This document shows, one piece after another, positions 20,244-29,581 of a DNA stretch of 64,000 nucleotides. Position numbers and translations under genes: made by a program. How positions within the stretch are numbered: the first letter of the stretch is position 1; each line of letters starts with the position of its first letter. This DNA is from Bythopirellula sp. (GTDB taxonomy: Bacteria; Planctomycetota; Planctomycetia; Pirellulales; Lacipirellulaceae), in the NCBI GenBank assembly GCA_965216565.1, contig OZ244170.1:5024001-5088000 (forward strand), in the 5' to 3' direction. Under the pieces are notes generated by a model. It did no database searches, was not told where the DNA came from, and saw nothing but the letters and a program-made list of their open reading frames with translations.

Positions 20244-20909
20244 ATGAAAAAACTTGTCGCACTAGCTATTGTAGCTACGCTTGTATTGGGTGTATCCAGC
20301 GCAAACGCGTTGATTATCACGGGTAACCTCACACCATCTGGTCAGGTAAACGACGCCTTCGGTGGCGGCTTGGGTGTGCTTGACGTGTACACAATCGTTG
20401 CCGATAACACGGTAGCTAACGGTGGTACAGGCACACCTGTAACTGCTATGGACCTCACGTTCGATGGTATTTTCGCCCAGGTGCAGAATGCTACCTTTGG
20501 AACGAACACCCCATCCCCGAAGCAATCTGACGTAGCTGCGTTTGGTCCTGATGCTCTTGCTCAAGACACACACTTCCTTCCAACGCTCGTTGAGCCAGGT
20601 CCACCGATTCCACCACCAACAGAAGGTATTATCACCAATGGGGCTCCCGGCAGTGGATTGGCCTCTGGACTACTCAGTAGCCAAGTTGCCATTGGTGGTT
20701 TAGACCAAGCTGAAGCTGTAGCAATCGCTCAGATTGTTGTTCAGGCTGGTACAGTACCAGCTGGTACCTTCCAAGGTACAATTGCTATCGCTGGAAACTC
20801 CACTCCAATTCCAGTCGCTGGAGTCATCGGCGTTCCTGAGCCAGGCACAATCGCTCTGGCTGGCTTGAGCCTTGTTGGGTTCTTGGCCAACCGTCGTCGT
20901 CTTGTCTAA
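20244..20909 (+). CDS. PEP-CTERM protein, unrecognised AQDTH-family domain (copy 1)
   Basis: MKK signal peptide, AQDTHF...PPTEG, VPEPGTIALAGLSLVGFLANRRR. Confidence 0.9.
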   Translation: MKKLVALAIVATLVLGVSSANALIITGNLTPSGQVNDAFGGGLGVLDVYTIVADNTVANGGTGTPVTAMDLTFDGIFAQVQNATFGTNTPSPKQSDVAAFGPDALAQDTHFLPTLVEPGPPIPPPTEGIITNGAPGSGLASGLLSSQVAIGGLDQAEAVAIAQIVVQAGTVPAGTFQGTIAIAGNSTPIPVAGVIGVPEPGTIALAGLSLVGFLANRRRLV

Positions 20910-20967
20910 GACAAGCAACGATATGAGTTAGATTGATCGGAGTTAGATCAGTCAACATGTAAGTTTC

Positions 20968-21005
20968 AAAGGTTCCCTCGTCTACGGGCGAGGGAACCTT
21001 TTTTT
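20968..21005 (+). terminator. Intrinsic terminator
   Basis: AAAGGTTCCCTCGTC-TACG-GGCGAGGGAACCTTT followed by a T run. Confidence 0.9.
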
Positions 21006-21210
21006 GTTTCTGCCCTAATTTTCTTCGACCCTCTTCTTGCACATTCAAAAGGCTATCTCTGAATCGGATTAGGGCGGTTTTGCAAGGGCATGATTTTCAT
21101 ATCCAAGAGTGTGTTGAAATGGCGTAAGGACGAATTGGTGGGCAGTGTCTAAAATGGAATACGGAGACGCGAAGAACTCGTATGGGTACAGGTACGGAGC
21201 AGAAGAAACT

Positions 21211-23229
21211 ATGAGTTCAGAAGATCAGGCATTCCTTCTTTCCCAGCTACGCTCAGTGCTAACAGTGTGCGTTGTATACATGCTGGCGGGTCTAACAGCG
21301 TTGTGTATCCAGTTGGAATCACGAGCGCAAACGTTCATTGACGTAACTGCAGGTGCGGGGATAAACCACACTCAAATTCCCGGCCCTCCAGGTCCATTCT
21401 CAGACCGAATGAGTGGCGGCGCAACAGCTGCCGACTTCAATGGCGATGGTTGGATCGATCTATTCGCGACGCGGATGAACGGGACCGACATGATGTACAT
21501 GAACAATGGGAACGGCACTTTCACCGATGTATCGGCCGGAGCTGGCTTTACCATACCGACGAAAACAAATGGGGCGGCAGCTGGCGATATCGACAATGAT
21601 GGCGATCTGGATTTGTACGTGACCTCCGTTTTTACCGATCAATACTATTTGTATATCAACGATGGCCTGGGAGGTTTCACCGAACAAGCTGTGGCTCGTA
21701 ATGCAGATGTTGACATCGACCCAGCTTTCTCGGGCAGTCGTCGTGGAAATAGTGTTTCGTTTGGAGATTACGATAGAGACGGCTACTTAGACATCCATAC
21801 CAACGACTGGGGACACCGTCTCACACCAGGTGGCGAGGTTCCAGACAGCTACACCGGTGCACGCCTGTTGAGGAACCTCGGTGGAGGCTCTGCCGGTTAC
21901 TTTGAAGACACAACGCTAGCCGCGGGGGTATCTCTAGCAACCGACCAGGCCTATACCGCGGATGGCACGATTTTTAAGGGAGTATGGTCGTTTTCGTCCC
22001 GCTTTGTTGATATCGACAAGGATGGTTGGGATGACTTGCTCGTGGCGGGAGACTTTCATTCCAGCCGGCTGTTTTGGAACAATGGAGACGGAACGTTTTC
22101 TGACGGTACGGCCACCTCGGGGGTGGCAACGGACGAGAATGGCATGGGATCGGCTGTCGGGGATTACGACGGCGATGGCGACTACGACTGGTTTGTTACC
22201 TCGATCCATGACCCAAACGAACCTTGCGACGATGGATCGTGTACTTGGGATGGATCGGGAAATCGACTCTACCGCTACGATGGCAATCGCCAGTTTAGTG
22301 ACCAAACAGATTCCGCTGGGGTACGCGATGGCGGCTGGGGGTGGGGGGCTGTGTGGCTCGATTACGACAACGACGGCGATCTCGATCTGTCGATGACCAA
22401 CGGCGTCGATTTCCTTGGCTACAACGATCCAGCCGACGAAGATTACCAATTCAATACCGATCAGATGAGACTTTGGCGGAATGATGGGGCGGGCAGCTTC
22501 ACAGAAGTCGCTACTGCCGAAGGGCTCACCGATACTGGTTCAGGCAAGGCACTGCTCAGCTTCGACTACGACAACGATGGCGACCTCGACTTGTTCAATG
22601 TCAACAACATTGGCGCACCGGTCCTTTATCGGAACGACACAATCAACACGAGCGGAAGCAATGGCAATGCCTGGCTGAAGATCGAAACGGTTGGCAACAT
22701 TAGCAATAAGGATGGCATCGGAGCACAAATTGTCATCGATCCCAATAGTAACGTCGCGGGTGACGAGATCTATCGCGATGTAAACGGTGGCAGCCATTAT
22801 CTGGCGCAGAGTGACATGACTGTGCATGTTGGACTTGGCAACCTGGCGGGTACTATCGATTCGATTTCCATCACTTGGCCCAGCGGTTATACGCAAGAGT
22901 TTACGAATGTGTCCCCCAACCAATTAGTCACGATTACTGAAGGGCTCTTAGCTGATTTCGACAACGACGACGATGTTGACGGAAGCGACCTGGCCTACTG
23001 GTCTTCCAACTACGGCATGTCCACGGGGGCAACGCGTGCCGACGGTGATGCCGATGGCGATGGTGACGTCGACGGCGAAGATTTTCTTCTTTGGCAGATG
23101 CAACATGGCATGTCAGTGAGCAGCGGCATGTCCCTGTCCGCGACAATTACGAGCGTTCCCGAACCGACCTCGGCTGTGCTGTTTGTAAGCATTTCGCTAC
23201 TTCACGCAGGTCGTCGGCGGAAAATTTGA
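21211..23229 (+). CDS. CRTAC1/ASPIC-UnbV family FG-GAP repeat protein with dockerin-like repeats and PEP-CTERM
   Basis: Seven DxDxDGxxD repeats, DGIGAQI...GGSHYLAQ...VHVGLG...ITWPSG UnbV segment, DFDNDDDVDGSDL, VPEP-TM-RRRK; start uncertain. Confidence 0.88.
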   Translation: MSSEDQAFLLSQLRSVLTVCVVYMLAGLTALCIQLESRAQTFIDVTAGAGINHTQIPGPPGPFSDRMSGGATAADFNGDGWIDLFATRMNGTDMMYMNNGNGTFTDVSAGAGFTIPTKTNGAAAGDIDNDGDLDLYVTSVFTDQYYLYINDGLGGFTEQAVARNADVDIDPAFSGSRRGNSVSFGDYDRDGYLDIHTNDWGHRLTPGGEVPDSYTGARLLRNLGGGSAGYFEDTTLAAGVSLATDQAYTADGTIFKGVWSFSSRFVDIDKDGWDDLLVAGDFHSSRLFWNNGDGTFSDGTATSGVATDENGMGSAVGDYDGDGDYDWFVTSIHDPNEPCDDGSCTWDGSGNRLYRYDGNRQFSDQTDSAGVRDGGWGWGAVWLDYDNDGDLDLSMTNGVDFLGYNDPADEDYQFNTDQMRLWRNDGAGSFTEVATAEGLTDTGSGKALLSFDYDNDGDLDLFNVNNIGAPVLYRNDTINTSGSNGNAWLKIETVGNISNKDGIGAQIVIDPNSNVAGDEIYRDVNGGSHYLAQSDMTVHVGLGNLAGTIDSISITWPSGYTQEFTNVSPNQLVTITEGLLADFDNDDDVDGSDLAYWSSNYGMSTGATRADGDADGDGDVDGEDFLLWQMQHGMSVSSGMSLSATITSVPEPTSAVLFVSISLLHAGRRRKI

Positions 23230-23302
23230 CAGGTTCTTAGCTAATGGACTAGACTCTGTTCCTGAGGGCAGTTCCGCAGGCTGACTGATTCACGGGGATG
23301 TC

Positions 23303-23983
23303 ATGCTGCGTGGCACAGTGATTCTATGCGTCTATTGTGTGCTCGGATCCGCTTACGGCTTTCAATCGTCGCGGGCGACAGGCCACCGTTTGCCAGCGTT
23401 TCAGGTCCCCGACACGCTGGGTGATTTGGGAGGTGGCATGTTGGACGTGTACCAGATTTATGTTCACGCTCCGGATTCGTTTACAAAGATCACGGCCTTG
23501 GTCGTCAGCTTTGAAGGCGAATTTGCCCAGGTGCAGCGAGATATCTTCGGCACGCATCTTCCGACGCCGCTGCTCTCCGATCTTGATGGCTTTGATCCGG
23601 CGTTCATTGCTCAGGATACGCACTTCGCAGCATCCCTCATCGTCCTCGGGTCTCCTATTCCCCCGCCGACCGAGGGCATGATTACACCCCCTTTGGGTTT
23701 TGATGGTAGTGGCTTAGCTCGAGACTTGAACAGCAGTCAAGTTGGCATTGCGGGGCCTGATCAGGCACCGACCGTGCTCGTCGCCCAAATTGTATTTCCC
23801 GCCGGCACGGTGAACGGAACTTTTGATGGGCTGTTTGCCGTCGCAGGCAACGCAGGTCAGTCTTTTTCATTTTGTGGTACCTTTGGTGTGCCCGAACCGA
23901 ATTCGGCGGTGTATGCCCTCTTGTCTACGCTTCTGTATGCTACCCACCGACGTCAGTTCTTTGACTGCCCGGGAGGATTGTGA
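23303..23983 (+). CDS. PEP-CTERM protein, AQDTH-family domain (copy 2)
   Basis: AQDTHF, PIPPPTEG, VAQIV, VPEP tail. Confidence 0.85.
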   Translation: MLRGTVILCVYCVLGSAYGFQSSRATGHRLPAFQVPDTLGDLGGGMLDVYQIYVHAPDSFTKITALVVSFEGEFAQVQRDIFGTHLPTPLLSDLDGFDPAFIAQDTHFAASLIVLGSPIPPPTEGMITPPLGFDGSGLARDLNSSQVGIAGPDQAPTVLVAQIVFPAGTVNGTFDGLFAVAGNAGQSFSFCGTFGVPEPNSAVYALLSTLLYATHRRQFFDCPGGL

Positions 23984-24073
23984 TAATTTGCACAGACGAC
24001 CCATTTCTAAGAAGCCAGACCGGTTGCCATGAATTCAAGCGGACAAAGACTACTATGTTGGACGGGAGTCGAA

Positions 24074-24763
24074 GTGAAGAAGTCCATTGCGGCCGTGACA
24101 CTTTTCCTATTGCTTACTCTGTGTGTCTCCAGCGTTCAAGCGTTGATCATTACTGGCCATTTTGCTCCTTCTGGCTTTACTAGTGATGCGTTTGGTGGTG
24201 GCCTGGGTGCTTTGGATGTCTATACCATTGTCGCTGATAATTCGATTACCAACGGCGGCACGGGTACAGCGATCACGGCCTTTGACCTGTCATTCTACGG
24301 CACGTTTGCCCAGGTGCAGAATGCTACGTTCGGCACGAATATCCCGTCGCCTAAGCGTGCCGATGTTGCGCCCTTTGGTGCTCAGGCGCTTGCTCAAGAT
24401 ACTCATTTTCTTCCTGCGTTACTTGAGCCAGGCCCACCAATTCCAGGTCCAACCGAAGGTGTGATTACCAACGGAGTTCCTGGCAGTGGCTTAGCTTACG
24501 GCCTAACCAGTAATCAAGTTGCGATCGCTGGTCCCGATCAGTCGGACTGGATCGCGATTGCTCAAATTGTTGTTCCAGCTGGTACGATCCCCGTTGGTAC
24601 TTTTGATGGTTCGATTGCCATTGGTGGCAACTCGACTCCAATTCCAGTCGCCGGAACAATTCCCGCCCCCGAGCCAGCAGCAGCGTTACTCGCGATGTTG
24701 TGTAGCGGTTGTTTAATGCTGCGGCGAGAGCGGAGCTTGGACGAGGCGCCAAAATCAATGTAG
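24074..24763 (+). CDS. PEP-CTERM protein, AQDTH-family domain (copy 3)
   Basis: GTG start after GGGAG; signal peptide VQA; APEP tail. Confidence 0.87.
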   Translation: MKKSIAAVTLFLLLTLCVSSVQALIITGHFAPSGFTSDAFGGGLGALDVYTIVADNSITNGGTGTAITAFDLSFYGTFAQVQNATFGTNIPSPKRADVAPFGAQALAQDTHFLPALLEPGPPIPGPTEGVITNGVPGSGLAYGLTSNQVAIAGPDQSDWIAIAQIVVPAGTIPVGTFDGSIAIGGNSTPIPVAGTIPAPEPAAALLAMLCSGCLMLRRERSLDEAPKSM

Positions 24764-26146
24764 GATCAGTTCGGTAAACAACTGCAGGTAGAGATAAGAG
24801 GATACAATCCAGTAAGTAGACATATCTCTTACGCTCCACTATTAATGACGCTCACGCTGCTGGGTGTGATGCCCCTTTTGCTTGTGCGCGTTGCGATAAA
24901 ACGAAGAAGTTGGGCATCTTCATGTAGGTGAATAGAATAGCTGGAGTTACTGATCAATTAGGAGGTGAGATATGCGGATCCCTTTGTCTATAGTCATTGT
25001 TAGTCTTGCTTTGTCGCTTTTTATGGCCGTTTCCTGTGCATACGCTTGGCGACTCACCGGGGCTCACTCCGGTCGTACTTATGATGCGTTCAATGGTGGC
25101 CTTGGGGCACTTGATGTGTGGACGATCGTTGCCGACAACTCCATCGCAAACGGTGGAACGGGGGCTCCCATTATTGGTTTTGACCTGACTTTCTGGGGCG
25201 AGTTTGTCCAGTTTCAAGATGGCAGTTTCGGTACAAATATTCCTACTCCCAGAAATTCTGATATCGTCAGATTTGATGCTCAGGCGCTCGCTCAAGACAC
25301 TCACTTCCTGCCTGATTTAGTTGAATTTGGTCCTCCAATACCACCTCCAACAGAGGGGGTTCTCTCTTTTGGTTATCCCGGTAGCGGTTTGGCCTCTGGT
25401 CTAACCAGCAATCAGGTCGCAATCGCTACTCACGATCAAGCGGCTGTTGTCGCGATCGCTCAGCTAGTGGTTCTAAGTGGCACTTATCCTGTAACTACAT
25501 TCGACAAGGAAGGGACTATCACAGTCGCTGGTGACCTAGGTCCCATTGTACTCACGTTTCCCGAGCCCTCGTCGGCGCTGCTCGCGATGTTGTGCAGTGG
25601 TTCTTTGATTCTGCCGCGGGGGCGTAGGTGAATAGTGACGTTCGACCGATGACCAAGTAGAATAGCATACAGCAACCCATCTCTGTGAGGGTAGATCCAA
25701 TAAAGCTCCGTCTTATGCTCGTGGCACTATTCCTAACGCTCACACTTGGCATTTCTAACACCAAGGCGTTAATCATCACTGGCACTCTTGCTCCTTCCGG
25801 CTCTGTTAGTGATGCGTTTGGTGGTGGCCTGGGTGCTTTGGATGTCTATACCATTGTCGCTGATAATTCGATTGCCAACGGCGGCACGGGTACAGCGATC
25901 ACGGCCTTCGACCTGACATTTAACGGCACGTTTGCCCAGGTGCAGAATGCTGCGTTCGGCACGAATATCCCGTCGCCTAAGCGTGCCGATGTTGCGCCCT
26001 TTGGTGCTCAGGCGCTTGCTCAAGATACTCATTTTCTTCCTGCGTTACTTGAGCCAGGCCCACCAATTCCAGGTCCAACCGAAGGTGTGATTACCAACGG
26101 AGTTCCTGGCAGTGGCTTAGCTTACGGCCTAACCAGTAATCAAGTT
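24181..26146 (+). repeat. Near-identical 340-bp direct repeat (24181-24520 and 25807-26146)
   Basis: Six differences by manual alignment; 24327-24520 is identical to 25953-26146. Confidence 0.9.
24972..25631 (+). CDS. PEP-CTERM protein, AQDTH-family domain (copy 4)
   Basis: Strong SD AGGAGG; signal peptide AYA; AQDTHF; FPEP tail. Confidence 0.87.
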   Translation: MRIPLSIVIVSLALSLFMAVSCAYAWRLTGAHSGRTYDAFNGGLGALDVWTIVADNSIANGGTGAPIIGFDLTFWGEFVQFQDGSFGTNIPTPRNSDIVRFDAQALAQDTHFLPDLVEFGPPIPPPTEGVLSFGYPGSGLASGLTSNQVAIATHDQAAVVAIAQLVVLSGTYPVTTFDKEGTITVAGDLGPIVLTFPEPSSALLAMLCSGSLILPRGRR

Positions 26147-26368
26147 ACGATCTCTGGTCTAGATCAGTCGGACGTGGTCGCGATTGCTCAGCTAGTCGTG
26201 CCCCCTGGTTCTTGCCAACCATTTAGCGGCGACGCGTTGATTGTCATCGCCGGTAATCCGAATCCAATCCCCGTGTCCCTTTTTCCAGTTTGTCCCGAGC
26301 CCTCGTCGGCGCTGCTCGCCCTACTGTGCAGTGGTTGCCTGGCCTTGCGATGCTCGAAGAAAATTTGA
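25685..26368 (+). CDS. PEP-CTERM protein, AQDTH-family domain (copy 5)
   Basis: Signal peptide TKA; AQDTHF; CPEP tail; start could be the downstream ATG (MLVALF). Confidence 0.85.
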   Translation: MRVDPIKLRLMLVALFLTLTLGISNTKALIITGTLAPSGSVSDAFGGGLGALDVYTIVADNSIANGGTGTAITAFDLTFNGTFAQVQNAAFGTNIPSPKRADVAPFGAQALAQDTHFLPALLEPGPPIPGPTEGVITNGVPGSGLAYGLTSNQVTISGLDQSDVVAIAQLVVPPGSCQPFSGDALIVIAGNPNPIPVSLFPVCPEPSSALLALLCSGCLALRCSKKI

Positions 26369-26420
26369 CAGCCTGAGGCCAATCAGCTAGTCTCCACAGA
26401 CTGACGGGTCTTTGCCTTCC

Positions 26421-26436
26421 TTGGCACCCTTATTGC
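26421..26436 (+). promoter_or_regulatory. sigma54 (-24/-12) promoter
   Basis: TTGGCACCCTTATTGC matches TGGCAC-N5-TTGC, ~140 nt upstream of ATG 26574. Confidence 0.6.
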
Positions 26437-26573
26437 CTAGATTATTTCTGCTTTGCCAGTGAACACCGCCTGAGATCCCTGCCGCGTAGCTAAGCTGCCT
26501 TCAGGGATGGCTATTGTCTCGGTTCTTCTAGTTCGCTGTTACTTTCACTGGTTATTTAGAGGAATGATGATTC

Positions 26574-27893
26574 ATGTCGAGAGTATGTTTGTTTGCCGGT
26601 TTTGTGCTTTGTATTGTCCATCTAGAGACAACTTCTCAAGCCCAGAGTGTTAGCGTATCCGGCCCGGTGATAGTTCCGGATTCATTGGGCGGCATTGGTT
26701 TCGAACTGGAGCAATATCGGGTGACACTGCATAGTGACGATCCGAATGTGAAGGTAACAGGATTTAACACTCAATTCGTTGGTACACTAGCACAAGTGCA
26801 GAATTTTGCTTTTAGCAATCCCCCGGCGCAACCGACACCTCAGTTTGAAGATGCCGTGCCATTAGGATTGGATGCGATCGCCCAGGACTCACATTTCGTC
26901 GGTGGCTTGATCATTGAAGACCCTCCAAATCTGCCTCCTGTGGAAGGGCCAATATTGAACCTTACGAAGCCTGACAGCGGATTAGCGGAGGGTCTTCTCA
27001 GCAATCTCGTCTCCATTGATCCTAACATACAAGCTCCGTCTCTTCAGATTGCCCAAATCGTACTAGCACCTGGTACTGTAGTGACCATGACTGGCGAAGT
27101 ATTTCTCAACGAAAACGAGGAGCCAATCACCCTCGAGCCTGTCCGGATTGGCGTACCCGAGCCAGGAAGCATCTTTCTTATCCTCCTGGGGAGCATGGTA
27201 TTCGCGCACCGAATATCGCGTAAATCAGCAACGGTAGCCAGTTTTTTCCTGGTTTGTTTACTTTTGAGTAGTCCGGTCACAGCGCAGAGTGTAAGCGTCT
27301 CGGGCCCGGTGATCGTGCCGGATTCACTGGGTGGCATCGGGTTCGATCTTGAGCAATATCGGGTGTCGTTGCACAGCGATGATCCGAACACATATGTGAC
27401 GGCATTCTCATTGATGTTTCACGGTCAGCTTGCTCAGGCCCAATTGGAATCTTTCGGACAAGCTCAGATGAGTGTGGAGCAACGGCATTTAGAAGGTTTC
27501 ACATCCGAACAATTGGCCCAAGATTCTCACTTGCTGGTTCAGCAAATCCTGTCAGGCTGTCCTTGTCCCGGGCCAATGGAGGGTACGATTCTGGATACGG
27601 ATGCTCCTGGCAGTGGGTTTGCTGCCAATCTCATCACATATCCTCAGGCAATTCCTGGGCCGTTGCAGACACCCTCCATCGAACTCGTTCAAGTCGTCCT
27701 AGCTCCTGGAACCAAGGTACGACTAACTGGAAGACTTGCAATCTCGGGCCATCCAGAATCGATCGAATTGCCAACGACGTACATCGGTGTCCCTGAGCCT
27801 GGAGCGATCGGCTTGGTATTAGCCTTGGTCGTGCTTTTGACCCCTTCTAAGCTAAGATCACGACTCCCGCAGCAGAGGTACCCAACGAAATAG
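26574..27893 (+). CDS. Tandem two-unit PEP-CTERM protein (AQDSH-family copies 6 and 7; internal and terminal PEP-CTERM)
   Basis: QSVSVSGPVIVPDSLGGIGF occurs twice; IGVPEPG occurs twice; second signal-peptide-like segment between the units. Confidence 0.88.
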   Translation: MSRVCLFAGFVLCIVHLETTSQAQSVSVSGPVIVPDSLGGIGFELEQYRVTLHSDDPNVKVTGFNTQFVGTLAQVQNFAFSNPPAQPTPQFEDAVPLGLDAIAQDSHFVGGLIIEDPPNLPPVEGPILNLTKPDSGLAEGLLSNLVSIDPNIQAPSLQIAQIVLAPGTVVTMTGEVFLNENEEPITLEPVRIGVPEPGSIFLILLGSMVFAHRISRKSATVASFFLVCLLLSSPVTAQSVSVSGPVIVPDSLGGIGFDLEQYRVSLHSDDPNTYVTAFSLMFHGQLAQAQLESFGQAQMSVEQRHLEGFTSEQLAQDSHLLVQQILSGCPCPGPMEGTILDTDAPGSGFAANLITYPQAIPGPLQTPSIELVQVVLAPGTKVRLTGRLAISGHPESIELPTTYIGVPEPGAIGLVLALVVLLTPSKLRSRLPQQRYPTK

Positions 27894-27944
27894 CCTGTAA
27901 AACTAGGCAAAAGGTACTTTTTCAAAGAATTTAACAAAAAAAGC

Positions 27945-27972
27945 TTGCGGAGTCGGAAAGCCCCATTACAAT
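27945..27972 (+). promoter_or_regulatory. Candidate sigma70 promoter with A/T-rich UP element
   Basis: TTGCGG-16 nt-TACAAT preceded by TTTTCAAAGAATTTAACAAAAAAAG. Confidence 0.45.
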
Positions 27973-28539
27973 ACAACTCAGACGAAGAAGCTGGTGCAGC
28001 CAGCAATTAATTCACCACCCAGTAAAGTGTGATCTAGTGACTTCCTAACAAAACGAATTGCTCCCTTCGGGTAGAGCTATCGTTTTGTTTCTATTTGACG
28101 GCTTATTCCTCTTAGCTTGCCGTCCCTTCTGGTGCCTTGGTTTGCCCAGTTTTATGTCGTTACTTTCTGCGACTCCAAACAGGCCAAATCACTGACCAGT
28201 TTTAACCGCGATTTTGCCGAGACGGCAGAAGAGTCGTTGCAAGCTTTTTCCACTGAGGACCGTAAAGCCTCGGAGCACTTACTAGCTTTTTCAAACAGTC
28301 ACACAACACATATCAGTCGATTACGACTTTAGACCATTAGAGGTTTGTCTTATGAGAAATTGAGAGGTTCGTGCGAGTCGAGCACAACGGTGTGCGAAGT
28401 AGACGAGTCACGAATCGGGGTAGCAAGATCAGGGTCGCCAGGAGGATGACCTGCTATTTTTCGACAAGGAAGAACAACTAATTTTTGAATAGAAAGCAAC
28501 ACCTTCGGGAGTTGCAAACCTCTTACTGGAGAACATCAC

Positions 28540-29541
28540 ATGAGAAAATCTATAACACTTACAATCGCAGCTTTTTCTTTCGCAGTACTATTTGCTGCCA
28601 ACTCGGCCCAAGCCCAAAGCGTCAGCGTGTCTGGTCCTGTATCAGTAGCTGACACGCTCGGCAACATTGGTAACAACCTTGACCAGTATCAAATCTTCTT
28701 GAACAGCGACAGTGGAGCAAACGTCACGGCGTTTGAACTTACTGTGACTGGTAGCCTAGCACAGGCACAGAACTTCTCGTTTGGCAATCACGTTCCTTCA
28801 CCATTACTAGCGGATGTCACTCCGTTTGGTGCTGGTGCAATTGCCCAGGACTCGCACATTGTTCCAGGTCTAGTTATTCCTGGCGCGCCAATCCCACCAC
28901 CAACTGAAGGTCTAATTACTCCCGATGTTGGAGCTCCCGGTAGCGGTTTTGGTAGCGATCTAATGACGAATCCTGTTGCTGTCGCTGGTCCCGACCAGGC
29001 ACCTTCTGTTAACGCTTTGCAGATTGTTTTGGATCCAGGTACCTTCGCTATCTTGACTGGTGAATTTGCAATCGCAGGAAATTCTGATCCATTCGTATTC
29101 GACGAAGTATGTATCGGTTCCTGTAATACCAGTAACACTCCACCCGTAGTCACCGATCTGTTCGCTGGTGAAGACTGGGATCAAGAAACTCAAGCCTTCA
29201 ACGGAACTCCTGCTAGCTATCAGTTGCAAGCTACAGACGCCGAGGATGGTGACGACGATAACCTAAGCTGGACCCTGGACGGTTTCACGGGACCTTTCGA
29301 TGCTGGTGGAAACCCAATCGCTGGTGCTGGAAACGGCAACCAGACTGTCAGTTCGACTGGCTTGTTTGAATGGGACCCAACTGGATCGACCAACGGTTAC
29401 TACTTCGCAGCTGTAACTGTCGAAGACTCCGGTGCCCTGACCGATAGCGGTATCCTCCGCGTTCAAGTTCCTGAGCCAAGCACCATGTTGCTCGCTGGAC
29501 TGAGCCTGGTTGGTGTATTCGCTCGCCGACGTAACAGCTAG
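28540..29541 (+). CDS. PEP-CTERM protein, AQDSH-family domain (copy 8) plus cadherin/Ig-like domain
   Basis: AQA cleavage; AQDSHI; NTPPV...LQATDAEDG...LSWTL...GLFEWDP...VTVEDSG; VPEP-TM-RRR. Confidence 0.9.
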   Translation: MRKSITLTIAAFSFAVLFAANSAQAQSVSVSGPVSVADTLGNIGNNLDQYQIFLNSDSGANVTAFELTVTGSLAQAQNFSFGNHVPSPLLADVTPFGAGAIAQDSHIVPGLVIPGAPIPPPTEGLITPDVGAPGSGFGSDLMTNPVAVAGPDQAPSVNALQIVLDPGTFAILTGEFAIAGNSDPFVFDEVCIGSCNTSNTPPVVTDLFAGEDWDQETQAFNGTPASYQLQATDAEDGDDDNLSWTLDGFTGPFDAGGNPIAGAGNGNQTVSSTGLFEWDPTGSTNGYYFAAVTVEDSGALTDSGILRVQVPEPSTMLLAGLSLVGVFARRRNS

Positions 29542-29581
29542 AGTCTTAGCACTCGGCTGATAAGGAAACTGATGTTTCTCG

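Noticed and set aside
24181..26146. Diversity-generating retroelement TR/VR pair
   Set aside because: Both copies are coding, the differences are not confined to adenines of one copy, and no reverse transcriptase is in the window
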